From the IMG/VR virus record IMGVR_UViG_3300037511_000156, positions 1 to 48,601 of that record: a DNA stretch of 48,601 nucleotides. The stretch is one strand, 5' to 3'. Source of the DNA: a virus. The position numbers and the translations under genes are program-made. Within the stretch, counting starts at the first letter, position 1. Each line of letters begins with the position of its first letter. Below are positions 23,342 through 33,088 of this stretch, piece by piece. The notes under the pieces were generated by a model. It searched no databases. It worked only from the letters and a program-made list of their open reading frames with translations, and was not told the origin of the DNA.

Positions 23342-24796
23342 TTAAGGTAATGACGTGCCTATATCCGCACCGGCAGACATGACACCCGAATTATCAGCCG
23401 TAAACCGCCAGTAATGACCATTAGAAGATTTTAATACCAATCCCTTTAAGTCATTATCTATAGCAATATCCCAAGGTGTATAGAAAGCATCAACAAATGA
23501 TATAGCAGTAGTTCCAACGGTTATAGGATTAGGCGTACTTACTTTAAATACCCGCATTCCATTAACCGTACCAGAATTTACGGGAACTCGCGAATTAGAT
23601 TTTACAGATATAGATCCGGAACTATCAAAGTCAGATGCACGCGACAATACAACATTTGGACTTGTGGCTGTCACTTGATATATGCCATTCTGTGATCCAG
23701 TAATTTGATCTTTCAGCAATACTCTTAATCCTAATGTGTTTATGGCTACGCCATCCATAGTAGTTCCGGCATTAGAGGTATTCACATTGGCTGTGCTGGC
23801 CGCAGCGACAGTATCCTTCCATATCGATGCATCAATGCGATCTGAAGCGATAATTCCAGCAGTAGTCTCTGTTGCTAGAGTTTGGCCTCCAACCGTCGGC
23901 GTGGACTGGAAATCGAATATGCCATCTTGTTGATGGACATCACCAAATACTAATATTACTGGATTAAGGGGATCGGATACAGAGTCAAATAAAATAGACA
24001 GATCATTCGCTACATTGGTCAGGAATAATTCATCAGATCCTAAAACAAACTGTTGCGAATAAAACTCAAGTCCTAAAATTCCTGATGGAGCTTGCCCAAA
24101 ATTCATTACAATATCATTCGGACCGCTTATGGTTGACAGACTGTCAGTCAGTACGCCGTCAGTTGATATGACAGCCTGTATCCCGGGTGATGGAACGCCA
24201 ACATCTATTACATTTCCATCAGAATCAGTACCCAGATAAGCATTTGTTAAATTGCTTATCAGTAAATTGTTTATTGCTAATGTCTCATCGACGCCGCTCA
24301 AGGTTATACCAGTTCCTATAATTGCGCTATTGCTTGATTCGTCAATAACATTACCGATGCCCATTATAAAATTGCCTATTGACGAATTTACTCCACTTGC
24401 CGATATCTCGTTGTTATCACCGGCCATCATGTTGAAATTCTTGGTTCCTGTGCCGGTTAATTTATTGTCTCTTCCGAATATAGCGTTATTGCCAGCGATG
24501 CCCTCAGAAAAGTGATCTTCGCCGGCTACAATACCATCGTTAAATATTCCGTTTATGACGTGATTCTCTCCAAAGAATGCAGACCAAGAACTATCTTCTA
24601 CAGAAATATTCTCACCAAATGATAGAGTGTATTTATCGCTATCTAGCTCTAGGCCTTTATCAACCAATAATTCGGAAAAAAGATCGGCTAATAATGTGGA
24701 TGGCGCTTGTCTGTTATCACCTCCTTGTAGGCCGACAATAAAAAAATCATCAAGCGTTGAAGATATGTCGAAATCAGAAAACTTCATTGATCCCAT
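23342..24796 (-). CDS. Tail fiber protein with short G/N-rich repeats
   Basis: 484 aa. Contains repeated x-G-x-N-N/S-x-I/A motifs (GENHVINGIFNDGIVAGEDHFSEGIAGNNAIFGRDNKLTG...). Confidence 0.5.
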   Translation of the reverse strand: MGSMKFSDFDISSTLDDFFIVGLQGGDNRQAPSTLLADLFSELLVDKGLELDSDKYTLSFGENISVEDSSWSAFFGENHVINGIFNDGIVAGEDHFSEGIAGNNAIFGRDNKLTGTGTKNFNMMAGDNNEISASGVNSSIGNFIMGIGNVIDESSNSAIIGTGITLSGVDETLAINNLLISNLTNAYLGTDSDGNVIDVGVPSPGIQAVISTDGVLTDSLSTISGPNDIVMNFGQAPSGILGLEFYSQQFVLGSDELFLTNVANDLSILFDSVSDPLNPVILVFGDVHQQDGIFDFQSTPTVGGQTLATETTAGIIASDRIDASIWKDTVAAASTANVNTSNAGTTMDGVAINTLGLRVLLKDQITGSQNGIYQVTATSPNVVLSRASDFDSSGSISVKSNSRVPVNSGTVNGMRVFKVSTPNPITVGTTAISFVDAFYTPWDIAIDNDLKGLVLKSSNGHYWRFTADNSGVMSAGADIGTSLP

Positions 24797-25164
24797 TACA
24801 ATATTAAACTAACTCCGTGAAACAATATATCTTCTTCTCCGGAAGCATACACGCCTACACATTCATGGTAATACGGCTTTTGCAGAAGATCCATAGACTC
24901 TTTGTCCTGGTTCCACAGCAATACATCAGATGGGCTTGAAACATCTAATATGGTCGTGAATACACCAGTTCCGTGAAGCTTTTCGAACATCCTTAACTCT
25001 ATCTGCACGTAATCATCGAAATATACGGTACCTTCAGGGCAATCTATCGTGAATTCGTAGTTCACAATGGATTTTCCTTTGTAATGCTTTAAATCAAGCC
25101 GGCCGCCTTTATATGTTCTGTAAGCAATCATATTTACACAATACAAATTCAAAAGTATTATCAA
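24796..25164 (-). CDS. Virion-associated hypothetical protein
   Basis: 122-aa ORF in the head-tail gene string. The start is uncertain because of the overlap with 25109..25630. Confidence 0.5.
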   Translation of the reverse strand: MIILLNLYCVNMIAYRTYKGGRLDLKHYKGKSIVNYEFTIDCPEGTVYFDDYVQIELRMFEKLHGTGVFTTILDVSSPSDVLLWNQDKESMDLLQKPYYHECVGVYASGEEDILFHGVSLIL

Positions 25165-25630
25165 AGGATACTACGTTCCACGGTAATCGATGCTTATGAT
25201 ATGAAACATTCGTAAATTCCTCACGCATTATAGCTTCGTGATCTTCATTAAATCCGGAAGGGATGACGTTAATGTATTCAAAACCCGTTAATGTAATAAT
25301 CCCCGGGAATATATTCCGAAGCGCATATTTAAAAGATTCTCCCTTATCTACCTTGTATGCCAGAAAAGTACGCAGCACCGGATTATTCTGTATAGCAATA
25401 CGAAGGCCATAGCTATAATCGTCATTTATGGTATTCGTGTTGGAAATTACACGATGATATACAAGCCCGTCGAAACGATCGTCTATCGCCACTTTTTCGC
25501 GAGTCTGAATAGTTACGGGGTATCGCGAAGTTTCTTTTGACACCAACTCCGCAAGTCCCATAATATTCAACCCAGCGCCAGGAAAGGCATTGCGTATAAG
25601 TTTGTCAATATGGGATGTTATGCGGATCAA
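25109..25630 (-). CDS. Head-tail joining/neck candidate
   Basis: 173-aa ORF. The call rests on position only. Confidence 0.45.
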   Translation of the reverse strand: MIRITSHIDKLIRNAFPGAGLNIMGLAELVSKETSRYPVTIQTREKVAIDDRFDGLVYHRVISNTNTINDDYSYGLRIAIQNNPVLRTFLAYKVDKGESFKYALRNIFPGIITLTGFEYINVIPSGFNEDHEAIMREEFTNVSYHKHRLPWNVVSFDNTFEFVLCKYDCLQNI

Positions 25631-26112
25631 ATTGACGCGATCTTTGTTTCAAGTACTGTGACTAATACCTCCAGCTCGCCATCCGACAAATCAAATATAT
25701 CGCGATCATATTTGTCCTGAAGCCACTGAGACTTGTCGGCATTGTTTTTATTCTGAAATCCGAATCCAAGCGACTGACCACTACCGACAATGCCGTAATC
25801 TTGCATCATTTGATCGGTGTTACGCAAGTTTACAAATCCTGGATTCTTACCGATATCTCGTTTATACTCATCATAACCGCCTTTAAAATAGGTATGCCCA
25901 GTCTGTCGAGCTTGATTCTTTTTCGAAATAGATATCGGGGTCGTGCTATAAACCCCTATCTGCGAGCCATTGCGATCTAATCCCTTTTCAAAAATACGCG
26001 GTTTGTGAACAGCCATGACACTAGTAATCGCCGCGCGCGTGTTCTGCTCGTTCTTAGCGAAAGCAATCACTTTGCCTATAAAATCCGTGATCTCATTTGC
26101 CACGGCCACCAC
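25627..26112 (-). CDS. Head-tail joining/neck candidate
   Basis: 161-aa ORF. The call rests on position only. Confidence 0.45.
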   Translation of the reverse strand: MVAVANEITDFIGKVIAFAKNEQNTRAAITSVMAVHKPRIFEKGLDRNGSQIGVYSTTPISISKKNQARQTGHTYFKGGYDEYKRDIGKNPGFVNLRNTDQMMQDYGIVGSGQSLGFGFQNKNNADKSQWLQDKYDRDIFDLSDGELEVLVTVLETKIASI

Positions 26113-26151
26113 GTTTACCGCCCTTTTTACCTCCGCAGCTGCAATACTTTA

Positions 26152-27102
26152 TCATGGTATGATATTTTTTGTTGACACGATCCCGTTGCATTGAAAACAT
26201 ACCGGATCTTCATAAATTCTTTGCGAGCCGATAGCGTTGTCAAGTTCTCTATCAAACTCAAATTGATATTTACCTTCCATAGACTCGGCATCCTGGAAAG
26301 ACATAGTCGTAAACTCATTCAGCCGATTGCCATACCGGCGCTCATGAATCAATTGTAGACCGCACTGCCACCAGAGGGGCATCTTGAATAGGTTGATGTT
26401 CTCACATAGAAATTTCTCAATGGAACACCGAATGTTAAACTTCACATTTAGGCCGCCACCGTTTACCTGGCGTATTTCGCCATCGCCCCATCCGCAGGAA
26501 AGGGTGCAAAATAATTTATCGTAATAGGCGTATCCTGTATCGTATTCTTTATTATCCGTTTTCCGCAAGCCATACAATAACGAATCATAGCTGATAAACA
26601 ATTGGTTAGTCTCAAAATCACGATCCACGTTTATCGTATTACGGCCAAGCGTGACTTCAGCATCTACTTGATGAAGTAATTCACCAAATTGATCTTCATC
26701 TTTGAATTCAATCACTAATCCCGGACTACTGTAAGGCTCTTCGGCCCATACACCGACTGATATAACATGCAATACGGCGTATTTCGGCATATCGAAGCGA
26801 ATCAATATACCCGAATCTTGCCACGAATCATTAGTATTGGCTTGGAATTGGCTTGTTTCACGTGAAACAAGTTTGTAATCTACATGAAACTGTTTCTGCA
26901 TTCGAGAGGACAGAGCAGATAGCAGCGAATCCCACGCACGTTTATAAATATCAGACCAAAATTCTTTAAAATCCGCTTGCTCTTTTGTAGTGAGTGCGTC
27001 TAAAACGCGAATATCGACCCCTGGAAGGGCCGTAACGTATAAACCGCTACGGCTTTCTCCCAGGAATCGAGATATACCGATATAGTTGTCGAAGCAGGCC
27101 AA
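26152..27102 (-). CDS. Structural hypothetical protein immediately after the capsid candidate
   Basis: 316-aa ORF. Its start abuts the stop of 27103..28350. Confidence 0.5.
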   Translation of the reverse strand: MACFDNYIGISRFLGESRSGLYVTALPGVDIRVLDALTTKEQADFKEFWSDIYKRAWDSLLSALSSRMQKQFHVDYKLVSRETSQFQANTNDSWQDSGILIRFDMPKYAVLHVISVGVWAEEPYSSPGLVIEFKDEDQFGELLHQVDAEVTLGRNTINVDRDFETNQLFISYDSLLYGLRKTDNKEYDTGYAYYDKLFCTLSCGWGDGEIRQVNGGGLNVKFNIRCSIEKFLCENINLFKMPLWWQCGLQLIHERRYGNRLNEFTTMSFQDAESMEGKYQFEFDRELDNAIGSQRIYEDPVCFQCNGIVSTKNIIP

Positions 27103-28350
27103 TTATGCTGCGGTAGCGGTGTAACCGAATACGCCAAGCATTCCAAGCAATGAATCTGCGCAATCCGGCGAAGTGTCCGGAGAATCTCCAGCGCCGTCGC
27201 CAGCGAACGAATCCGCACGGAAAGTATTGAATACTGTCCAATGGAGCGAGTACATCATTTTCCAACTCTTTGTACAGTTGTCAAAATACCAGTCCAAATT
27301 CCAGCTAAAAGGATAGCCGGCAGGATCAGGTACGACGATGTGCATTTCGGTAGGCTGGCGGATGTCAAGGTTTCTGTTTTCATTGAATGTAACCAAGCGC
27401 AGCGCGCCCGGAGCTGTTACAATGAAACGGTTAGAACCCAAAACAGAATTAGCCGATTGATCAAGGTAGAAACGTGAATCGCCATCGACAACTGCTTCTC
27501 CGTAAGGTGTTGCGCTATTACAGCAAGACATTCTGTGGAGTTGAGCGAATTTCTGATAGTTGCCCTGGCCGAAAATTAGCGGCGTGCCGGTGAGCTGGTT
27601 ATTCTGATAATCGAGAATAACATCTCCCCAGTTACCCGGTAGAGGCAGTTGCTGACCACCGCTGGTGGCGAGAAGCTGCACATTTTTGTAGCTACCGGCT
27701 GCAGTGGTTGTTCCGTCCCACTCATAGTTTACGCCGATCTGATTGTCGTATTCAGCCAGTATGTACTGATCGAGTTTTTCTCGGGCAGCGCGAAGATCAT
27801 TAAATCCACGTTCACGCATCCAGGTAGCGGGATCTTTACATAACACTACCATTTCCTCATTGCTGTAAAGACGTACCGGTGTCTTGATACAGTTATCAAT
27901 GGTTACGATGAATGACTTCCGTACAGGTGTCGAGCCAGGATCACAAACTGACTGATCACAGTCGTTAGTAATCTGGCAATCTTTTGTACGCTGATCGTAA
28001 TATACTTTCAGTTGTCCAGTTTTGCGCTCAGAGTCGAAGGATAAGAGAGTTGCATCTACCGCGCCAGCTGTATTCTCTGGCGATGTGATAGCATCGAGAG
28101 CACCTGTCCTTTTCTGAAGATTAAACGCGTAATTTTGCCCAGCTAGGCGGGCAGCCTCTTCTACAATAGGCTCGCAGGCGCCCACGAGATTAACCGGAAA
28201 TATCGGAGCGAAAGCAAAGCCTGTCATCGCAAACGATTTCGCATTTACGAAGTACAGACCACCGATGGATACAGCGCCAAGCGCCACATTTTGCGTAAAA
28301 AATGATGCAATAAGTCCGCTATAAAAAAGCAGCTTGAAAAAAGTTTTCAT
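27103..28350 (-). CDS. Major capsid protein candidate
   Basis: 415 aa, directly downstream of a scaffold-like gene. The call rests on size and position. The N-terminal 40 aa are unusually hydrophobic. Confidence 0.5.
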   Translation of the reverse strand: MKTFFKLLFYSGLIASFFTQNVALGAVSIGGLYFVNAKSFAMTGFAFAPIFPVNLVGACEPIVEEAARLAGQNYAFNLQKRTGALDAITSPENTAGAVDATLLSFDSERKTGQLKVYYDQRTKDCQITNDCDQSVCDPGSTPVRKSFIVTIDNCIKTPVRLYSNEEMVVLCKDPATWMRERGFNDLRAAREKLDQYILAEYDNQIGVNYEWDGTTTAAGSYKNVQLLATSGGQQLPLPGNWGDVILDYQNNQLTGTPLIFGQGNYQKFAQLHRMSCCNSATPYGEAVVDGDSRFYLDQSANSVLGSNRFIVTAPGALRLVTFNENRNLDIRQPTEMHIVVPDPAGYPFSWNLDWYFDNCTKSWKMMYSLHWTVFNTFRADSFAGDGAGDSPDTSPDCADSLLGMLGVFGYTATAA

Positions 28351-28364
28351 TTTGATTTGTTTGG

Positions 28365-29282
28365 TTAAACAACCGCCGTAGACCGGCCTTGCCGCGGTGC
28401 GGTGCCAGTGTCGTTTGTTGGATATGTACGAGTGGTTGTGGTCTGGGTACCATTGTGGGGCGCGCCAGCATTTGATTGCTTTAGGTAGGGCTTAAAAGCC
28501 TCTTCCAGTAAAGAATCGATGGTAACTGGAGTGTTACCGTTAAATCTCGGTGTTGGATTTCCGTCCGCGCCGATAGAAAATACCTGCACGTCTTCTTTCC
28601 CATTGTTTTCTACGAGCTGTAGGATGTTGCTACCCTTCAATTCGCTTAATTTAGCTTTTGTAAGCACTCCTCGGACATCATCCTTATCGAAGTGCTCAGC
28701 AAATGTAAATTTATTTGCCCGCTTTTCCAACTCGCTTTCCAGGCGGAAGTTTTTGTACTTCTGGTCGTACTCACTGGCAATAGTCTTTTCCTTGGTTTTG
28801 TATTCATTTTCCACTTTTGTGAACTTCTCCATGAGCTCGGCGATACTTTGCTCCTTGGCCGCGAGTTGTTTTTTCAATTCCTCGTCGCTCGTGGAAATTT
28901 TCGTTTTCTTTTCGATGATTTTGGGAATTACGTCCCGTAGCGCCTCCAATGTCTTGTATGTATCGGCGACCACTTGACCGCTGGCTGTTGTGCGGGTAAG
29001 TTTTGAAAGCTCAATGGCGGTGTGAGGATCTATTTTATCGATAAGCTCAATCAATCCCTGAACGCGTTCCTCAACCGGGTTTAATATCTGGAATCTCAGT
29101 TTTTTGTTGACATCCGGGTGCGCTATGGCGCGATCCATGGTCATGAAATTGTTTTCGAATTCGGGTACAAGTTCATCGGGGAACTCGCCGTCAGGCAGCG
29201 ATGCGATAAACTTATCGAAATCCGCATTATTGATTTTCGCCTTATCTTTGATAACGCGCGTAAAAAAATCTTGTAGCTTCAT
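28365..29282 (-). CDS. Scaffolding protein candidate
   Basis: 305 aa, K/E-rich and predicted helical. It lies between the head-morphogenesis gene and the capsid candidate. Confidence 0.5.
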   Translation of the reverse strand: MKLQDFFTRVIKDKAKINNADFDKFIASLPDGEFPDELVPEFENNFMTMDRAIAHPDVNKKLRFQILNPVEERVQGLIELIDKIDPHTAIELSKLTRTTASGQVVADTYKTLEALRDVIPKIIEKKTKISTSDEELKKQLAAKEQSIAELMEKFTKVENEYKTKEKTIASEYDQKYKNFRLESELEKRANKFTFAEHFDKDDVRGVLTKAKLSELKGSNILQLVENNGKEDVQVFSIGADGNPTPRFNGNTPVTIDSLLEEAFKPYLKQSNAGAPHNGTQTTTTRTYPTNDTGTAPRQGRSTAVV

Positions 29283-29647
29283 TATTCTGCTGTTTGGGCG
29301 TTTTTGGGACGACCTGGTTTTCTACGGATGGGTGTTTCTTCGGTGCCGGTTTCTTCAACCGTTTCGTTGGACTCTTCTGATTCTTCCTGACCTTGCTCTT
29401 CATCAGCAGTCTGCTGCTGAGTTGCCGCTTGAGCTTCAGCCTTCAATCGTGCATTCTCGCGGCGGAGCTCTTCCATTTCCTGACGTTCCTTTTCTTGGAT
29501 TTCTTTGTCCGTCATTTGCCCGGGGCGAAGAAGAATGTACTTCTTCTGCGCTAGCTCATAAGATCGCCGGTTAATCATTCGGACCAATCCTGTTTCTCGG
29601 TCCTGTACCCGTATTTCATCAATACCGGTTGGTTTTTGTGTAATCAT
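29282..29647 (-). CDS. Hypothetical E/Q-rich protein
   Basis: 121-aa ORF with a coiled-coil-like middle and an acidic tail. Confidence 0.5.
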   Translation of the reverse strand: MITQKPTGIDEIRVQDRETGLVRMINRRSYELAQKKYILLRPGQMTDKEIQEKERQEMEELRRENARLKAEAQAATQQQTADEEQGQEESEESNETVEETGTEETPIRRKPGRPKNAQTAE

Positions 29648-29710
29648 AGATTTTGTGTTTAAAAAATGAGTACCTTTATCTACCTAATAAACAAAAAATA
29701 TAGTAGAGGT

Positions 29711-29741
29711 AAAGATTCCTGGAAGGCGTTCGGGAATCTTT
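29711..29741. terminator. 9-bp hairpin flanked by an A-run and a T-run (bidirectional terminator-like)
   Basis: AAAGATTCC (29711-29719) pairs with GGAATCTTT (29733-29741), followed by TTTTT on the plus strand. It sits immediately 3' of the minus-strand stop at 29744. Confidence 0.4.
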
Positions 29742-29743
29742 TT

Positions 29744-30619
29744 TTATGCCGCAAATCCTAGGTCTCGTGCTCGAATTACCCATTCTTGAGGCACTATTGA
29801 GATATGCACGGGTACTATTTGGTGTACGCAATTATACCCTCCAGCATACGTAAAGATACTACTTTCTGTTGTTAAAGGATTCTTGCCGGTCCAGCTCAGC
29901 GATGCCCATGATTCAATTTCTTTCTGATGGAAATATCCTCCATTCCGATCGGAACAAAATTCTCGGGTTTTATCGATGATACCCCCAACATACCTATACC
30001 ACTCTAATCCCAAATCTTCCACCACGCTAGCCTGGTAGGTTCTTGAATACTGGAAAAGCGTATCACGAAGAATACCTTTCGCATATCGGTAAAGCCGTCC
30101 ATCTGCGTCGGGAGTGCCTTTAATGAAGACATCCAGCTGCTGCTGCATACCGGAAAACGACCCGCCGCCATTAATGTTTTGATTTAGTATCTCGTTCAAT
30201 GGTAGCTTAACCTGTGCTGCGAGACCGTCCTTTAGCAAATAGCTGTTGATTGTATCAACAGTTTGAGCCTGCAGGTCGCGTATAAAAAGCCGGTTTGGCG
30301 CAAAAGCCTTTGATATTGTGGCGAAATACTCTTCGTTCAAGGCATTTACCGCTGAGGCCGCGGTAAGGTTTTTTTCAATGGCGCCTTGATATCCACTTTT
30401 CGAAAGGATTTTATCAAACTTGCCCTTCACCTCGCGTAATATCTTTCGATTGTCGGAGTTTTGCTTAATATAACCATCCGCAGTTAAATCCAATCGGCGC
30501 AGCAGCACCGTAAGTTGATCGTACAAATCACCCTGAATGGCGATAAGTTTTACGCCGAAGGCATCATTAGCATCGAGTAGTAGTTTTTCAATTTGCCTGG
30601 CGAGTTGTTCCGGGGTCAT
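29744..30619 (-). CDS. Head morphogenesis protein (Mu gpF / SPP1 gp7-like)
   Basis: 291 aa. The C-terminal ...TREFCSDRNGGYF...YAGGYNCVHQIVPV is typical of the family. It follows the portal gene. Confidence 0.65.
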   Translation of the reverse strand: MTPEQLARQIEKLLLDANDAFGVKLIAIQGDLYDQLTVLLRRLDLTADGYIKQNSDNRKILREVKGKFDKILSKSGYQGAIEKNLTAASAVNALNEEYFATISKAFAPNRLFIRDLQAQTVDTINSYLLKDGLAAQVKLPLNEILNQNINGGGSFSGMQQQLDVFIKGTPDADGRLYRYAKGILRDTLFQYSRTYQASVVEDLGLEWYRYVGGIIDKTREFCSDRNGGYFHQKEIESWASLSWTGKNPLTTESSIFTYAGGYNCVHQIVPVHISIVPQEWVIRARDLGFAA

Positions 30620-32409
30620 GCAGCCGCTTTAGGATCTACATTCATGACGACCGGATCAATTGCAGGTTCTGCCTTTTTAAGCAGCTCAATGGCGTATGCT
30701 TCAAAAATCCTAACTTGCTCTTGTTTATCGAGCGAAATAAAATCCTTATGCTCTTGCACTGCCCGATCCATAAACGGTTTTAAATTCGAATGAATGGCGC
30801 CATCTGTTTTCAGAATCAGTCCTTCCGCGGTCAACGCCAGGATGTCATCGGTGGTAAATCCTGGTAGCGGATCAAGCGACAACATGGTAATCTGATACTT
30901 TTTCAAATCGGGATTCGTTGTCAGATCGCGCGATAGTATTTCTATCTCTTTGGTTCGTAGGAAATTTCGATCCAATCCGCTGTCTTTCGCCGACTTGTAG
31001 TCATTGATCAACTCGGAACTGCTGGCCACATCGAATTGAGCCGGCTTATTGATTTCCGGTAAGTTTATATCTTCATCATATCGTGTACTGCGCGCCTTCA
31101 CCGAAAACATATACTTATTGATGAAATAGTACTGATTCTGGAAATTCCAGTCAAACACGGCATCTGAGATTGCCGCTAGTGTATCATATTGACCGCTACG
31201 ATCGATTTGTTTGGCAATACCCGATTGGATGGCGCCGACCGTGTCTTCGACCTCCATATTGATAGCCCACATTCCACGGTTTACTTTTTCCCGGGTGCGT
31301 TCCTCCAGCATCTTTGTAGCGTCAGTAGGAATTGTAATGTATCCCACCGGAAGAAGTGCGGATGGCGTGCCCTCCTCTAATTTCTTCCTCGAAAATTGAT
31401 ACGCTCCATAAGGGCTCTTAACTGACCCGTACCCACTGCCTTTACAGCTGGGGCATTCTTGCATAATCTGCTTTCCGTCTTTACCTGGATATTGTAGAGT
31501 GCCGCCAAAGCATCGGTAAGCAATGCCGCCCACTTCTTTAGCGTAATTACATTCCTCAGCCATCTCATACATCTTTGGATGCAAGTGATTGATGTACGCA
31601 CCAAGAAGGTCGGATTCATGGATTACGGCCAGATTCCACTCCGGAAGGGCGGCTCTGTAGAACGATTGCCAGTATACCTCCCCGCTGGGCGCTGTCTTAG
31701 CAATGCCGCGAAGAGGCCAGCACGGGATATCGCCGAAATCTGTCTGGTAAAATGTAATGTCTACTACTGTTATAGATTGGTCCGGTGAATTATACCATGC
31801 CTCAAATTCGCGATACCAGTTTGCGTCGTAATAGGCAAACTTGTACTTCTTAACACGCTCATCTTCGCGCTCTGAAAGAAAGATCAAATAGCATTCATCA
31901 TCGTACCAATACACATTTTCGGATGCATAGATTACGATAATAGGCTCTATCTGCTCAGACTGATTTTTCGGAATAACCCGCGGCTTAACCGCCTGGATCG
32001 CATTAGGATCAACCAGCATTTTCGGAACGGTAACACTCTTGTTGTAGTTGGCCAGTGAGTTGAACTGAGGATAATATTGAAAAGTGTATTTCTCAAGCTT
32101 TTCAATATCCTCGTTTTTCTCCTTCCATCGGATAGAGAAGAGGTTATCGTTAAGCACCTTTTTGGCAATGTCGATCGCTTTTCCGGCGGCTGAAAATGTG
32201 GTTGGCTCATAGTTATCCAGCCGGTATTGCTTCACTTCGGCGTCTTCCCGCGGGCGCGCTCGCTCTAACAAATAAAGAGGCTTGTCGCCCTCCATATGGA
32301 CGGCCATAGCTTCAGCGTGAGCAGTCATTTCCTTATATAAAGGATGTCTCTCGCCATCACGCATGATTGCTTTGAGCTTGTTGGCAAATTCCGGAGTATC
32401 GAAAAGCAT
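30616..32409 (-). CDS. Portal protein candidate
   Basis: 597 aa, directly upstream of and overlapping the MuF-like gene. The call rests on size and synteny. Confidence 0.6.
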   Translation of the reverse strand: MLFDTPEFANKLKAIMRDGERHPLYKEMTAHAEAMAVHMEGDKPLYLLERARPREDAEVKQYRLDNYEPTTFSAAGKAIDIAKKVLNDNLFSIRWKEKNEDIEKLEKYTFQYYPQFNSLANYNKSVTVPKMLVDPNAIQAVKPRVIPKNQSEQIEPIIVIYASENVYWYDDECYLIFLSEREDERVKKYKFAYYDANWYREFEAWYNSPDQSITVVDITFYQTDFGDIPCWPLRGIAKTAPSGEVYWQSFYRAALPEWNLAVIHESDLLGAYINHLHPKMYEMAEECNYAKEVGGIAYRCFGGTLQYPGKDGKQIMQECPSCKGSGYGSVKSPYGAYQFSRKKLEEGTPSALLPVGYITIPTDATKMLEERTREKVNRGMWAINMEVEDTVGAIQSGIAKQIDRSGQYDTLAAISDAVFDWNFQNQYYFINKYMFSVKARSTRYDEDINLPEINKPAQFDVASSSELINDYKSAKDSGLDRNFLRTKEIEILSRDLTTNPDLKKYQITMLSLDPLPGFTTDDILALTAEGLILKTDGAIHSNLKPFMDRAVQEHKDFISLDKQEQVRIFEAYAIELLKKAEPAIDPVVMNVDPKAAA

Positions 32410-32443
32410 AAGTGTAAAAAAGGGGGAAGAAAACCTTCCCCGT

Positions 32444-33019
32444 TTAGTTAGCGAAGATTTCAGCGGGCGCGTAGAAGGGCAGCGCAGGTGTCATATCAGT
32501 AGACCATTTAGCAGAACCACTCCAGCGCTTGCGGCTTTTGATGGACTGTTCAATGTTCTCTGACATATAGTTGCTGACGTTCTTAGCAAAAAATGCCTCA
32601 TATCCTTCGACTTCCGGACTTGATCCCTCGGATTGACCGAAACCAGCCGTAACATACACGAGCTTCCAATTGCGTTTCTTGTTCGAAACGGCAACGAAAT
32701 CGCGGTTTTTCATGATCCCCAGAGCTTCATATACGAGCTCATTGTCGTCACCTGTACGCTCAGTCGGAACAAGGCCAAAACCCTCTTCCTCAACCGGCGT
32801 GCCTGGCGCCTTGCTCCCGCGGGTGTCTTTAATAACCCAAGCTGTCTGCGGGGATGCGTTAATCTGAGAATTCCACCAGTCCGGGTCCTGCAATTGTTCG
32901 ACGGTTGGATCTGCAGTTCCTGGCTGTATTAAGGCTATAGCGATGATGCCGCCGAGTTCTGAACCGCATTCGAGCTGTACATAGTCGGGCTGATTGTCAT
33001 CGCAAAAAACATCTGCCAT
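32444..33019 (-). CDS. Structural protein (tail tube candidate)
   Basis: 191-aa ORF between the tail/baseplate genes and the portal gene. No motif recognised. Confidence 0.4.
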   Translation of the reverse strand: MADVFCDDNQPDYVQLECGSELGGIIAIALIQPGTADPTVEQLQDPDWWNSQINASPQTAWVIKDTRGSKAPGTPVEEEGFGLVPTERTGDDNELVYEALGIMKNRDFVAVSNKKRNWKLVYVTAGFGQSEGSSPEVEGYEAFFAKNVSNYMSENIEQSIKSRKRWSGSAKWSTDMTPALPFYAPAEIFAN

Positions 33020-33088
33020 TTTGATTTACTTTAAAAAATTGAAACCCTGTCTGTTTCCCCTAAGGGACATATTTTTATTACAAAAGCT

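Noticed and set aside
28519-28977. Antisense ORFs inside large late genes. Examples: 28519..28977, 28692..28940, 29104..29574, 33828..34226, 37322..37747, 38099..38545, 42556..42894, 44216..44479.
   Set aside because: They lie opposite long, well-supported structural or enzyme genes. They have S/L/F/C-rich low-complexity translations, typical of the antisense of K/E-rich genes.
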